NCBI GenBank assembly: GCA_965645245.1
Contig: OZ287077.1
Coordinates: 1,984,001-2,048,000 of the forward strand
Direction of reading: 5' to 3'
Origin: Massalongia carnosa
Taxonomy: Eukaryota
Length of the DNA stretch: 64,000 nucleotides
A program made the position numbers and the translations under genes. Below, in pieces: positions 1 to 12,458 of the stretch; within the stretch, counting starts at the first letter, position 1, and every line of letters begins with the position of its first letter. Below the pieces are notes generated by a model. The model worked only from the letters and a program-made list of their open reading frames with translations, did no database searches and was not told the origin of the DNA.

Positions 1-459
1 TCTGCATGCTTTTCTGGCGTCGCGTTTTGCTGTCTTCGAGAACGAGACTGGGCTGGGGTACACCGCGCTCTCGTTGAGGTAATCAAGCGTCCCGGAACCT
101 CCCGTTTGGAAAGAGCAAGGGCTCTTTACTGTCGTGGCCTTTCGTTGGTGGCTACGCACAAAGACGATCATTCCATAATCTGTTTCATGTTAGCGATAAC
201 TCTGCGCCCGGGGTATGAAGCGGCGGACCACGAACTCGATGCGTTGGAGGCGCGCTACGCAGAGGGCAGCTACACAGGGCTGATTTTTGGATCTCACGTC
301 GAAGCTTTCCTTGCCCGACTGCGACATCAGCCCAAGGATATGATCGTGGAGCGGAGCGTGCCGAGAATCGTGCATCCCACAAGTTTTCTCATTAGAGCTA
401 TTTCGTGGTTCATGATGGAATTGGTAAAGTTGGGCGTTTCAATGACAGTTGAATATTAG
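1..459 (+). CDS. 3' end of a TPR-like helical repeat protein (truncated by window edge)
   Basis: Frame is open from base 1: ...VAFCCLRERDWAGVHRALVEVI...RARALYCRGLSL...CFMLAITLRPGYEAADHEL, which resembles TPR consensus (ALYxRG, AxxLxP). Confidence 0.45.
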   Translation, partial: SACFSGVAFCCLRERDWAGVHRALVEVIKRPGTSRLERARALYCRGLSLVATHKDDHSIICFMLAITLRPGYEAADHELDALEARYAEGSYTGLIFGSHVEAFLARLRHQPKDMIVERSVPRIVHPTSFLIRAISWFMMELVKLGVSMTVEY

Positions 460-1279
460 GGCCCGACCAGTTGAATGAAGCCCTGGGGAACGGACTGCAA
501 CTTAGCTCGCCTGGACTATCTAGCCACGGCTCATTTCAAAGACGAACGAGGGATACATGGAAGGAAGTTGGGACATGTATGCGTGCACCACGGCTTGGGA
601 TTGGGGTTTATTTAGATAGTTTGCATGTATCACTGCTACGGGAACTTGGCTTGCGGGGGAGTAGGAGACGTCGATAGCTAGTCAAACACTCTCTTTCTCT
701 TTTCTCCTTCTTTTCTGCACCGTAACAACTCGTATCCTCGATCACTGTTCTGTCAATTTCGTTAGATTAGCTCTCGGAAAACTCCGTCCATTGCCAGCCT
801 TGCTGATTTCTCGGTTTTTGTTCCGTTAAATTCTTTCCCCGTGTCTTGAAACATTCCATTACTCGTCTCTTGCAAAATTTAGATTTCTTGCTCCCCTTCA
901 TGTTCGCGTATGCCTGCTCTGGGCTCTGCGCGAAGGAGTTAACATAGGATCTTTGTCCGATCCCCATGATACATACCTTATAATAGTCACAACCCCGGTC
1001 TTGCGTCTATGGTAAAGTTACTCCATATTATCCATTCGCACAAAAAAAATAAAAACAAAAAGGCAAAGGCAAAGAAAGGAAGAAACAGAGTAGAAAACTG
1101 GACACATTGTCAAGGAGCTTTACATGGAATACATGGACAGATCATCGAGACGAGACGAGACGAGACGCAACGCGTTCTTACCACCTGGCAAGCTACTCCA
1201 CTCCCCACACATTTCCCCTTATCTCTGTTAGATGCTTATCTTATTTACCGTTTGTTTACCTCCCTGCTTATCTACTTAC

Positions 1280-1320
1280 ATACCTACCTACCTACCTACC
1301 TACCTACCTATCCACCTATC
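1280..1320 (+). repeat. (TACC)n microsatellite
   Basis: tacctacctacctacc... run. Confidence 0.9.
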
Positions 1321-1585
1321 CATCCTTCCATACACCTATTATTAAAACTCCATCCACCCCTTTTTTCGCCATCCTCCCCCCTTCCATTCTCTCCTCCACT
1401 CAAACTCCACAACCTTACGCCAGACAGACGCCTTTGTCCCAGCTTGTCTGGCGCCTTGGGATCTGCCCGATTGGTCGGTTGGTTAGTCAGTTAGTCAGTC
1501 AATCAATCAGTCGGTTAGCTGCTGCTTGTTGTTTAGTTGATTAGTTGGTTAGCTATTCATTCTAACTGTATGGCTTGTTAAGGAG

Positions 1586-1817
1586 ATAGGTAGGTAGGTA
1601 GGTAGGTAGTTAGGTAGGTAGGTAGTTAGGTAGGTAGGTAGTTAGGTAGGTAGGTAGTTAGGTAGGTAGGTAGTTAGGTAGGTAGGTAGTTAGGTAGGTA
1701 GGTAGTTAGGTAGGTAGGTAGTTAGGTAGGTAGGTAGTTAGGTAGGTAGGTAGTTAGGTAGGTAGGTAGTTAGGTAGGTAGGTAGTTAGGTAGGTAGGTA
1801 GTTAGGTAGGTAGGTAG
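1586..1817 (+). repeat. Minisatellite with 16-bp unit TAGGTAGGTAGGTAGT (about 13 copies), built on (TAGG)n
   Basis: Near-perfect tandem array read directly. Confidence 0.95.
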
Positions 1818-1859
1818 ATGAATAGACGGGTAAATTAGTAAGGAGGAAGGGAGGAGGTA

Positions 1860-1932
1860 GGGATGGGGGAAAGGGATGGGGGAAAGGGATGGGGGAAAGG
1901 GATGGGGGAAAGGGATGGGGGAAAGGGATGGG
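1860..1932 (+). repeat. 13-bp G-rich minisatellite GGGATGGGGGAAA (about 5 copies), G-quadruplex-capable
   Basis: Tandem array with repeated G3/G5 runs. Confidence 0.9.
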
Positions 1933-2921
1933 CGGTGATAGGCAGGCTGGATTTTTTTCGGTGGGAGTCCGGGGAGGAGAGAGCGAGAGAGAGACGATGG
2001 AGGGTTCATGAAAATCACCGGCGCTATTCTCTACTTTCTCAAAGGACAACGTTTGCTTCCATATCGCTCTGTGGGAAGAGTGTTCAATATGGATATTGCC
2101 AACCTCTCTTTATAAGGTATTTAGGTCTACTGGGGCACGGGGCTTGGGGGAGGGGGGTGGTTGGGAGGGCTGTGGGAGGGTGGTGGTAAATAGGTACTTA
2201 TACGAGCAAGTGGGTTGGGAGTTGGACGGATGAGGTTGGGAAAATGTTAAGAGCTGGGTGGAAAGAAAAAGGAAAGTTCTACGAATCATCGAGTTTGGGA
2301 CGGTTTACATGACGGTAATCTGTACTGCTGGTCTTCTGATTGGATTCTTGGAGGTTTGTGAGTCGAGTGTCATTGGGGGGCTGTGCACAACGATGATGGC
2401 AAGTTAGAAGTCACCCATTCGCTTCTGCCTTAGGTTAGTTGGGTGTAAGGCGATGGCTGTGCCCCCATAGAAATAATAAGCTTTTGTTACCGGTCTGGCA
2501 TAGCCATAGTTCTGAATAACAAGACAGTTATACAACCCAAGTTTGCAAAGAACGCGACGGTCGCTGCGGAAGCGAACAGGTGATGAGTCGGATTGCAGCC
2601 TTGTGCGCCAGGCTGGCGATGGTGGGGTTGCGATGATTTGTTTGCTAGTAACCTGCCCGCTCTTGAAGTCCTTGCGGTCTCACCAAGGACCCCCAGGAAC
2701 TGCTTTGACAAGGCTGACGATGGGGGAATAGCGAACCTGAGATGGAGACGTTTAATTAGCCTAGCCGGAGTCCACAGAGAAGATTCGGTGGGGGCTGCTA
2801 ACGTATAGCTCATCGTTGCTCTGTCTCCCCAAAAGCTTCATCCTTCAGGAATAAACACCCTGCTGTATAACATGATTGTGGAACACACTCGCTAAGCATC
2901 TCCCACTACCCGACCGCCGCC

Positions 2922-5402
2922 ATGGAACCACTCTCGTGTGCCGCGAGCATCATCGCCGTCATTACCGCAGCCAAGGCTGGAATCAACGGATTGCGAAAGG
3001 TGCACAGCTTGCGGAAAGCTCCGCGCGAAGTCGGCGATTTGCTCAACGAACTGAAGGATTTCCTAGCCCAGTTGGAAGAGACTGAGAAGTTTGTGAAGCA
3101 AAACAATTATGCTCAATCCTCCGCGAGGTTGAAAAGCCTCGTGGTCCGCGGCGGAAAAGCGGTCAACAACATCAACACACTATTGGCGTTGCCGACGTTT
3201 CCGTTTCTCAAACTGAGCGACGATAATCGAGCAAAGGTTGTTTGTTTAACGGGTAGCAGGAAGTTAAAGGCGTTGCAAACGAGTCTTGGTACCGTAAGGC
3301 TGGAATTCTTGACTTTGCTTGGAATTTTGGCAGTGTAGGTTATGATCAATCAGAGTGACTTGGATTGCATCGAGAGAGCTAACAGATTCTTCAGATCTTC
3401 CTCAACACGGGTGGAAGACTATCTTGCTCTTTCGTCACAGCTTCACGACCATAATTCCAAAGAGCTCGCAACGCTCAGTCAGAGGGTGTACTTCGTTGAA
3501 AAAGGAGCCCGAATTCACCGATCTGCAAGTGGCAACCTCGCACTGCCCTTCAATGGAAATGGTTCTGTTATGTCGAGATTAGACTTGGCTTCAACCACAT
3601 GGCCCTTCACGGCTGGCTCATCAACGGAAATGACACTGGTACCAGCCTCGTCGGCCTTATCAGCTGTACAAACAGATGCACGGAGGGCTTCCGATCCTTT
3701 GGATTATTTTGGTACGGTGAGAAGGTCGGAAAAATGCATTGGCTGGTGCAGTTGTGTTTGTCATACCCAAAGTAGCATCAGATCACCCTGGTTTCTAAAA
3801 ACCGTCATGGGCGTCCTTGTAATTGAATATACTGGCAAAGGACCCAGTTGTGACGAACACAGCTGTCGTGGATCCAGGACGCCCTCGACTTCGATCAACA
3901 TGACATATCATCTTCCGCCATATTTAATGAATCGGTACGTTGCAATGCTAATAAAATATACATCTGTCGATGGCCCTAAGTTTTCCCTCCGCCTTCCTAG
4001 GATGATGGACTGGCAACACTCGCTCTTCAAACACGCTAACCATGGAGATCTCGAAGCGATTCAGAGTCTTTTCTCCCAAGGGCGTGCATCGCCGCATGAT
4101 GTGAATCCGTGCGGAACCAACGCTTTAACCTATGCGGCTACTCATGGCCATCCGCAACTTGGTAAATTTTTGCTACAGCACGGCGCTGATGCGGAGCTAG
4201 CTGACAATTATGGAAGAAAGCCCATTGATTTGTATTGGGAGCGCGCTTTCTCCGGGCAATTTAAAGAGAACGATTACCAAACTGTGAAATCCATGTTTGA
4301 AGATAACGACTACGTTGAGAATCGACACTTCACTGTTGTCCACAAAATTGTTCTCGGGATTCTGCCTAAGGACCTCGAATCAGAACTGCTCGGCTCTACT
4401 GCCACCATCGATAATGTCGATGCTCAAGGTAGAACTGCCTTAAGCTGGTCGTGTATCCGAGACGAATCGTCCGCAGTCAATATCCTCCTAAAGTTTGGAG
4501 CTGACCCGAATATCGCTGATATGGAGGGCAATAGCTGTTTGCATTTCGCAAGAAGTAAAGTGGTATGCAAGTCACTCCTCAAGCACAACGCAGATGTACA
4601 TGCGCGAAACACAAGATATTCTCGATCTCCTTTGCATAACGCCTGCAAGAGAGAAGGAACAGCGGAATTGATTGAACTTCTCGTGCATGCAGGTCTTGAT
4701 ATCAATCATCGAGACGCAGACGGCGAGACTCCGCTGCTTAACGCTATTTTCAGACGAAACACCTCTGCGGTTCAAAAACTTATTGAGCTAGGTGCTGATG
4801 TTAATGCCGCCAATTATTCTTCAAGAGATGCCGCCATCCATTTCGCGGTAGAATTCGACCATCATGAAATCCTAGCGCTGCTGCTGGAAAAAGGTGCGGA
4901 TCATTCTGCCACGAACGCAAGAGGCAGAACAATAGGGCACCTGGCGGCACGCACAGCTGGCGTGGCAACGACCGCTATACTATCTAAGGCCAAGCTAAAG
5001 AACCTGGATTTGTCGCTAAGAGACGAGAATGGAAGAACAGCTGCTGACCATTTGGCGCAACGAAGACTCAGAAGTCAGTCTGAGTCTGAAATTCATGGTG
5101 CTTTTGAGAAGCTTGTGCAGTCGATTCATGGAGATAGCAGCCCAGGGGAGAAAGCCCCAGAATTTCGGGTGATAGACTTTTCTGGGACGAACGGCGCGAA
5201 AGCTCACAGCGATTCCAACAGTTATTATGGAATTCCTGGAGCTTATCCGAAGGACCAATATGGACAAGACATCTCGAAAGAGGAGGCTCGTCGGGAGAGC
5301 ATTGTATCTTTCCGTTGCGATTACAAATCCCCTTGCTGCCATATTTTCGATGCTCCAAGAGGAGTTTGTTCAGGCGTGATCTCTTATCAGAATGAGCCAT
5401 AG
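2922..5402 (+). CDS. Ankyrin-repeat protein with fungal HeLo-like N-terminal domain (2 exons; intron 3335-3394)
   Basis: MEPLSCAASIIAVI...APREVGDLLNEL N-terminus typical of fungal Helo_like_N; a 60-bp GTAGGT...GCTAAC...CAG intron removes the stop and keeps frame; multiple ankyrin motifs (GRTALSW, GETPLLNA, SPLHNAC, AIHFAV). Confidence 0.88.
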
Positions 5403-5734
5403 GTGCGCCATTGTGTCCATTTTGGGAGTCGTTACTAGGGCGTGCATGAGCTTCTAAGACCGACGTTGAGCGTCTTCATGCTTGAAAATCGTAATGATTT
5501 TATTATTGTATAATCCTAAGACTTGTTGATTTAGGAGTCTCCTTCGCTTAGCGTAACATTATGACTCAGTGGTTCTCGTTGTTACTGTAGAGTACGTGTT
5601 GGCGGTACTGAATCTTTAGAATGATATAATCAGTTAGCCATTACATTTTAGCTAGAATTAGGTAGAACGACCCCAACCCATCCAACGTGAAATGATTTTC
5701 GACGAAATGTACCTTTATCGTGATTTCTGCTGTT

Positions 5735-6750
5735 CTATCTTGGACGTTCTGAACTCATTGGCTGCCGAGTAGGGCTCGTCAGACCTCCCTCAAAAGAGCC
5801 TCCAAGTAACACAAGTATATCAACAACATCAGATGGTTCAGGCAAATACCACGCAGCTATCGTTGGCTTCGAGTTCGGCCCAACCGAGACCGAGATGACC
5901 TGATTTGCAGGTAAAAACGTGGAACGTAGAGCCTGAAACATATCTGCTTGTTGTTAGCTCAGAAACGCTCGGTTGTAGTTGGTGTAGTTGGTGCACCCTC
6001 GTCTGTAACATCATCCCCAACGCAAAGCACAAAGTCTAGAACTCCCCGATCCTCCAGGCCCTTCCCCGAATCCTCCAACAATCGTTTCGCGATGGACCCT
6101 TTGTCAACGCTCACCGGCCGAACTTCTAGGTTCATCTTGCCGTTCATGACCTCAAGGTGCCACCGCCCATGCACAATCAGGCCCTCAAGTTCCTTCTTAC
6201 ATTCCCCCGCGTGGCGAGCGCCCAGATCCGTATCCGCCTTTCGAAAATGCCATGTCACCGCCACCCGTTTCCGCTCGATAAACGAACCTGGTGTGCGATC
6301 GGTGAAGGCTTGAAAAACCCCTATGATAGCCTGCTGCCAATCTAGATCCAGCTCATCGACCAGGTTTTCCCAGCCCGTGGCACCGGGCGGTCTAGCGAAA
6401 GCGCCGTGCTCGGCGGATAATCCGATGGTGGGGATAGACCCGAGCCAGAGATCGAGAAACGCTTGGTCTCGTCCGCTGATCACCCAAACCGTGTTCTTGG
6501 AATCCGACGACAAGACCTGGAGCGTACGCAAGAGCTGGTCCGTGGGAATGGCGGCCTGTGGGTCTTGGACAATTGGCGTGAGGGTTCCATCATAATCGAG
6601 CAGAACGAGGCGATTCGCGGATCGATGATATTGAGCCAGCAGTGCTTTTTGATCCAACAATGGCGTTCTTTTCAGTATATTCATGACGTAGCCAAACAGC
6701 AGTGCCACAAAGATGAAATTTAGGAACAACTTGGTGGATGGTCCTAACAT
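5735..6750 (-). CDS. Stand-alone trehalose-6-phosphate phosphatase (Tps2 C-terminal HAD domain) with hydrophobic N-terminus; intron 5944-5996
   Basis: HAD motifs DYDGTLTPIV, ISGR, LSAEHG, EVRP..DKG, GDDVTDEDMF; a 53-bp intron with GCTAAC...CAG joins exon 2 (MFQAL...SVGPNSKPTIAAWYLPEPSDV), matching the Tps2 C-terminus. Confidence 0.88.
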
Positions 6751-6794
6751 ATTTTGAGGTCGTGTACTAGGCTACTTTGCTAGTCAATTATTTA

Positions 6795-7257
6795 GGGTCC
6801 TGCTATCGCTAAGCCCCTTTGTTATCCTCCTTTTCTCCGAGGGGTCGAACGTTCAAAAAAGCTAAACAATTAGACGGAAATCAACGTTATGTAAGAAGTC
6901 TTAAAATCGTATCGATTATGGCGTTGAACAGTTATAATTCGTTTATAAAGCATTGTTAAATCGTTCAGACATTGTTGTGTCAAGTCAATTGAACTGTAGA
7001 AAGCATATGCCTCGAAAAACTTTATCCCACTATCTTCATCAAGAACTTCTATCATGATTCTTCTTCTTCTTCTTCTTCTTCTTCTTCCACCTCGCTTTTC
7101 CTATCTTTCTCCTTTTGTTATTTTCATCGTCTACCGTCTCTTCTTCATCCAAATATTTTCGATTTCGTAGCTTCATGGGATTATTACGACGAACTAAGAA
7201 GTGGAGAATGAAGAAATTAAGAGCGAAGATTAAAAGAAAATGTGATAACAAGGACCC
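6795..7257. mobile_element. Putative PIF/Harbinger-type (Tourist-like) MITE
   Basis: Imperfect TIRs GGGTCCTGCTATCGC / GGGTCCTTGTTATCAC (reverse complement of right end); TTA on both flanks (6792-6794, 7258-7260); AT-rich interior. Confidence 0.5.
7057..7088 (+). repeat. (CTT)n microsatellite
   Basis: ttcttcttcttc... run. Confidence 0.9.
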
Positions 7258-8750
7258 TTATACGGCCCCCTGCGTCAAAACAGCTCTGAATGGCGTGTCA
7301 TAGGATGATATTTGACATTGTGCTGTACAAAAGCAATATATCTACAACGTATCTTACTACTTCGGTCCAATAGCTATTCATTCATCTTCCCTCTCCGCCT
7401 TTATGGTAACATTATTCTAGTGGAAAGAATACAAGAAAGGTAGTAAATTTCCTTTTCGTTATTCTCTCCCTTAACATTTCTTCAGTACAAATATGTTTCC
7501 CCTTCCCAAATAATCAATCACTAGAACTATTCAGAGAACTCAGTAAGATGAGGAAGCAAAATTATGTAAATATACACGGTGGGTATCCATAGTAATTCGC
7601 GCGTCCCTCACGCAGGGCTAAATTTGTACCATCTCAATCTATGGCCGGGCCAAATTCTCTCCACCAGTGTCTTTCGGGACGCCCAACTCTTCTGGGGCCC
7701 CCCTTCTATCGGGGCTCTTTTATGGCAGCAGTGATGGGGAAACTCTATTGACCTAAGCGGCTGATAGATCAGAGTGGGTGGTTTGGTGGGACAATACCGT
7801 TTAGTGTTGGCCTCCGACTCAATGATAGAAAGAACAATGCCAAAGGGCCACCTAACTAACAACACCTCTTCCTCTCGATCACTCACTGATCCTGTTATTT
7901 CCCGCCCCCTGCCCTAGACATGGAACAAGCAACAAAAAAATATAGTCGAGCCAGTCAAACGCCATCTTGAGCCGATCGGGCAGATATCATATACTTATAA
8001 CTTGAGCGAAGTTAATAGGGGGCAAATATGAGGCTCATCGTAAAGAAAGGGGGTATGTATGTATCAAGATGGAATGTTTTGCCATTACTTGTTGCCCACG
8101 CCATGAAATCTGCTTTTGATGCATCCCGAGTTCTGTACGCTACGCCTGTACATTTTGTGTCATCATCAAGACTTTGTCGTAATACCCGACATACCAGTAT
8201 ATGTCATCCCTATATCTATGCATATAACGATGGCGTAGCTCGCCGTAAATATGAAGTTCGATTGTCTTAAAGATGATTCAAATGATTTGCTCAAGAAGAT
8301 ATTGTTCAACCAAACTGGGAGAGCTGAAGAATTAAAGCAAGGATAACTTTGGTGCCTAAACCAACGCCGCGTATCAGCAGCAGCTCTGTTTAGCCAAACC
8401 ACCAGACTCCTAAGGAATAGAAAGAGCGTATTGTTAAGCAGCTAAGCCCAGGCCTCATACTGAATGCAAGGGAGTTGCGGGTAAAGGGGTTGGAAATCTA
8501 AAGGCCGGAAGCATACATGCAATTGACCGGTTCAAACATTGATGTAAACAGGACAAGGTGATAAACAGTATATTTCAAGGCCGGATGTAGCCTCATTATA
8601 GATAACTGCAGGGAGATAAGACCCTCATAGATCTTATAGCTACCTCACAAAGATCAACTCACTTTCGTCTTCCACGTTTGCCCTCCTAAAACCATTAGCT
8701 TTCAAATCATAAACACATTATTCGCAAAAGACTAGAATTATGTAGAAGCA

Positions 8751-10257
8751 ATGTCTAATCCAAATCAAAGAACATATTTATCTCATCCAAATGACACGGA
8801 ATTGAATGCCACTACTTACGACTTGGAAAGAGAGCTCCTCTTTTCTCACTCAAACGAGGATATCTTTTTGGATGAGCTTATGGGCCATCTCAACCTAGTC
8901 ATCAGGCAATGTGCCATTTCGGTGTTTGATGAAGAGCCTGAAGATTGCATAACTAACATAGAGAAGGAAGCCATCGACTTGATGGTGGCGAAGCTATAAC
9001 AAGAACGTGGTTTCCATACCAGGATAAATTCCATCGGGTCAAATGATTCGCGGTCTTCGAGGTCCTAACGTCACGAGGCGAAGAAACGCGGTGCAACACT
9101 TCCTCATAACAACATTATATGCCTCTCTGGACACCGATAACGTCGATTCCTATAGTCTTTTGGAGCCGATCTACCTAAGTTACGTAGAGAGGTTTTCGAA
9201 AACCCAAGATCTGCCTAAGTATTCCAACCAGCATCCGGAAAACGATTCGGAGAAAGTTTCAGTGGATATGTAGAATGACCTTACGGGACCACTGGAAGAC
9301 CGCCTGAATGGCCGCTTGTAAGATCGCCTGAAAAGCCTCCCGTAATGAGCATCAGGAACTCAGCTAGAAGAACTGTCGGTAGACCATCTAGAAGACCTCT
9401 CGAAAGAACGCCTGAAAGAACACTTGAAAGATCGCCCGGAAGGTCATCCGAATGATCATCAGGAAGAGCACCTAGAAGATCTCTGGTTAGATCGCCCGGA
9501 TGATCATCAAGAAGACGGCTTGGAAGGCCTCTCGGAAGAGAGCCTGGATGACCATCAGGAACACCGCTCCGAAGGTCTCTCGAAAGATCGTTTGGATGAT
9601 CATCAGGACGACCGCCTGGACGATCGCCTGGAAGAGCGCTCGGATGATCATCAGGAACATCGCTTGAAAGCCCTCTCGAAAGATCGTCTAGAAAACCGCC
9701 TGGATGACTGCCTGAAAGAGCGCCCGGAAGGTCATTCGAATAATCATCAGAAAAACCGCCCGCAAGATCTCCCGGAAGATAGTCTGGATGATCACCAAGA
9801 CGACCGTCTGGAAGATCGCCCGGAAGAGGAATCCAATAAAGATTCCGAGCGACCTTGCAAGAAACGTCGAATAATGAGCAGCGCCAAAGCCCGAATGCGT
9901 CTTCTCAACGGGTTCCTCCTCCCCACCGGTATCACCAATTGGGGTGACAAATATAAACTCACCAGTCCCAACACGCCTGGATTTAGCCGCACGCTCGACT
10001 ATGTCCGCGCAGTCTTGCTCCCATTGTGCGATTCCAGGCCTCAGATTAGAAGACTAAAATGGCAGTTGATGCTTCTTTGCCGCCAGGCCTTTGTCATCGG
10101 GATGACGCTTCGCCTCGAGCCACAATACGCATTCGTGTGTCTAGGAACCGATACCACCGTTTGCAGCAAGGCGGAGTTGTACAAAGTAAGTGATTCATGG
10201 GGCGAGAAATACAGGATGAGGCAACGGTATGTAGATGGCTTGCAGCCGGAGATTTGA
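8751..10257 (+). pseudogene. Degenerate gene with internal acidic tandem repeats (DDHQEDRLEDRPE-like), interrupted by stops and a frameshift
   Basis: ORFs 9043-9273 and 9424-10257 are in one frame, separated by stops inside the degenerate repeat array (about 9290-9830); ORF 8751-8999 is offset in frame. Confidence 0.5.
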
Positions 10258-11279
10258 ATAAAGGCTTGGGTAGATCCTGGGTAGCTCATCAGAAAGAAGA
10301 GCTGTTGAGGACTGGCGATGACTGTGGTTAGCGCGTGATGGATCAGTTAAAACCTCAATGTCATCATTTTTGAGCAAAGAATTAAAAACCTTAATCGTGG
10401 ATGTATCAGTGGCTCGAAGAGTATATATTCTTTCTTTCAAAAACAGGTACGGAGTATATACTACGTAGAAATCACTTAGTCGAAATCATCCTACAACTCC
10501 CCGCCTATGTACCTATCTAGCTTTTGTGCGCACCCGTTACTCAGCAGAATCATGACAAGCGTAGGTCAGAGTCATTCAGTGGCGAATCGCTGCAGACGCA
10601 TTTGGGGCTTCCATCGGGACAAAGCGTAGCATGAATCACAAGCCAAAGACGTCGAATATATAACGTCATCCTACATGAGACATTTGAAGTCTTGAATGGC
10701 AAAGGTAAAAGCCAACTGCGCAGCGCACCCTGAATACTGATTCATTATTCCAGGAAGCATCTTTTCTAACAGGTGTAACTAGCTGCACAATATCTTGAGA
10801 CATTGTGTACGCAACCGCGATGACAGCAAGATAGTGAATGGACCTCCTTATACTAGTTCGTTCATGAAATCACCTTTGATCGCAACCGGAAGGTTTGAGT
10901 TGCTGCCCAGGTTCTGCACAACCACACAATGCGCTCCCGAGACACTTTCTGTTTGCCTAGGAGAGGCTTTGCAAAAGTAGCATGTGAGGACAGACATGAA
11001 GAAAGAGCAAGATAGCCATCTCGTCCTCAAAATGACCTTGTCCTGATCGGCTGTTCCACTAGCTGACCTTGTCAGACTAAGACAGTTGGTTTTATTGATC
11101 TGTTCCTACAACAGTTCTGGCATATGAACGCCGAGATGTGCCGATTGGGCAGCCTCTAGCAATGTAAGGCTGAGAATATTGATTTCCCTTCTGGCATTCA
11201 ATGACTTCAAGGCAAGTGCTTCCTATAGCAATACGGTTTTATCCGCTTGAGGTGCTCTACCACTATACCGGCCGTTTGG

Positions 11280-12336
11280 TCATGAGTACCCAGGTATAGT
11301 CTTCATGGCTCCTCTTCTCGAGGCGCTCTTTCTGTCTGGTGCCTTCCTCTGCTTCTTGGGTGGCGCCCTCTTTCTCTTTATTCTCCCCATTTCTTCCCAC
11401 AATTCATCGCTCTGGGAGCTGAGGGATGTCTCTTTATCCTCGGGTTGATATCCATCCTCCTCCTCCTCCTCCTCCTCCGGATTTCTCCCTCTCTTCTTAC
11501 CCTGCCCATATCTCGCAACTGGCTTCCCACCTCCCAAGGATGCTTTCGTTTTGGATTTTTTACCTTTCGGAATCCTCCCGCTCTGCCGCCCAGATAACCC
11601 AAGACATCTATCTAAATGCTGTGCAACTCTAATCACTCCCAGAGAGCGTGGGCAGTTTGGGCATTTGATGGTGGGGATGGCAGAAGGCTCGAGTGAAACT
11701 ACCTTGCAGGTAGTGGGAGAGCCAAGTGGGGACGCACTGTCTGGCTGCGATTCGGAGGCCGAGTTGGAGGGGTTGGAGCGTTTTCTGCGTTTCGCTACAT
11801 CTTTGAGGGGACGGCCGTAAATGTCGCAGTTGGGTTTGGATTGAAAGTTATTGTTGGAGCAGTGTGGGTAGCGGGGGTGACCACCGCCGTTTGTATCCGG
11901 CTGGTTGGGAAGGTAGCAGTTGGGACAGATATTCTCTTTCACCGTCTTCAGGGGGTTTCCTTTGAGAGAAACTTTCTTGGCATGCAAGAAGAGATCCAGA
12001 TCGGCGGATTTCACGGTTGCTGCCGGATGGCATGTGCGAGAGTTTCTCCGGTCATCCTGGGCGGCGAGGATAGCTGCGCTGCTCATGCGCGTGAGCTTCT
12101 CTTGGCGGTGGACCTCTAGAACCGTGTCGCTAAGGATGTTGTAGAGGCAGCCATGGAGGACATTGAGTACCTGAATGCACATCTGCGGTCATTACTCAGA
12201 AAGCGACAAGGACGGGAAGGTATCATACAATTTCTTTGTGATTGTCTTGCACAAGACGTCGGGATATTAATGGGCTTGGGACGTATTGATCCTCGGAGAG
12301 ATCTGAAAGTGAAGATAAATCCTGATAGAAAGCCAT
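11280..12336 (-). CDS. SGF11: SAGA deubiquitination module subunit Sgf11-like zinc-finger protein; probable intron 12183-12228
   Basis: IKCPNCPRSLGVIRVAQHLDRCLGLSGR (C-x2-C...H-x3-C-LG Sgf11 finger); N-terminal helix LYNILSDTVLEVHRQEK; upstream 36-codon exon with GTATGA...CAG intron. Confidence 0.8.
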
Positions 12337-12413
12337 AGGTATGAATGTAGTGAATAACGGGTAGGACAAAGATTGGAAAGGTGTTTTTGTGATAATCCGT
12401 TATTCCAGCAAAC

Positions 12414-12458
12414 TAAGATAAGATAAGATAAGATAAGATAAGATAAGATAAGATAAGA
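12414..12458 (+). repeat. (TAAGA)n pentanucleotide microsatellite in the SGF11/NAT5 divergent promoter
   Basis: About 9 tandem copies. Confidence 0.9.

Noticed and set aside
1586..1817. Telomeric repeat or CRISPR array
   Set aside because: The unit is TAGG-based, not TTAGGG; there are no unique spacers; the context is eukaryotic and interstitial
1009..2189. ORFs across the repeats (LPTY, GERDGGKG)
   Set aside because: Translation artefacts of simple repeats
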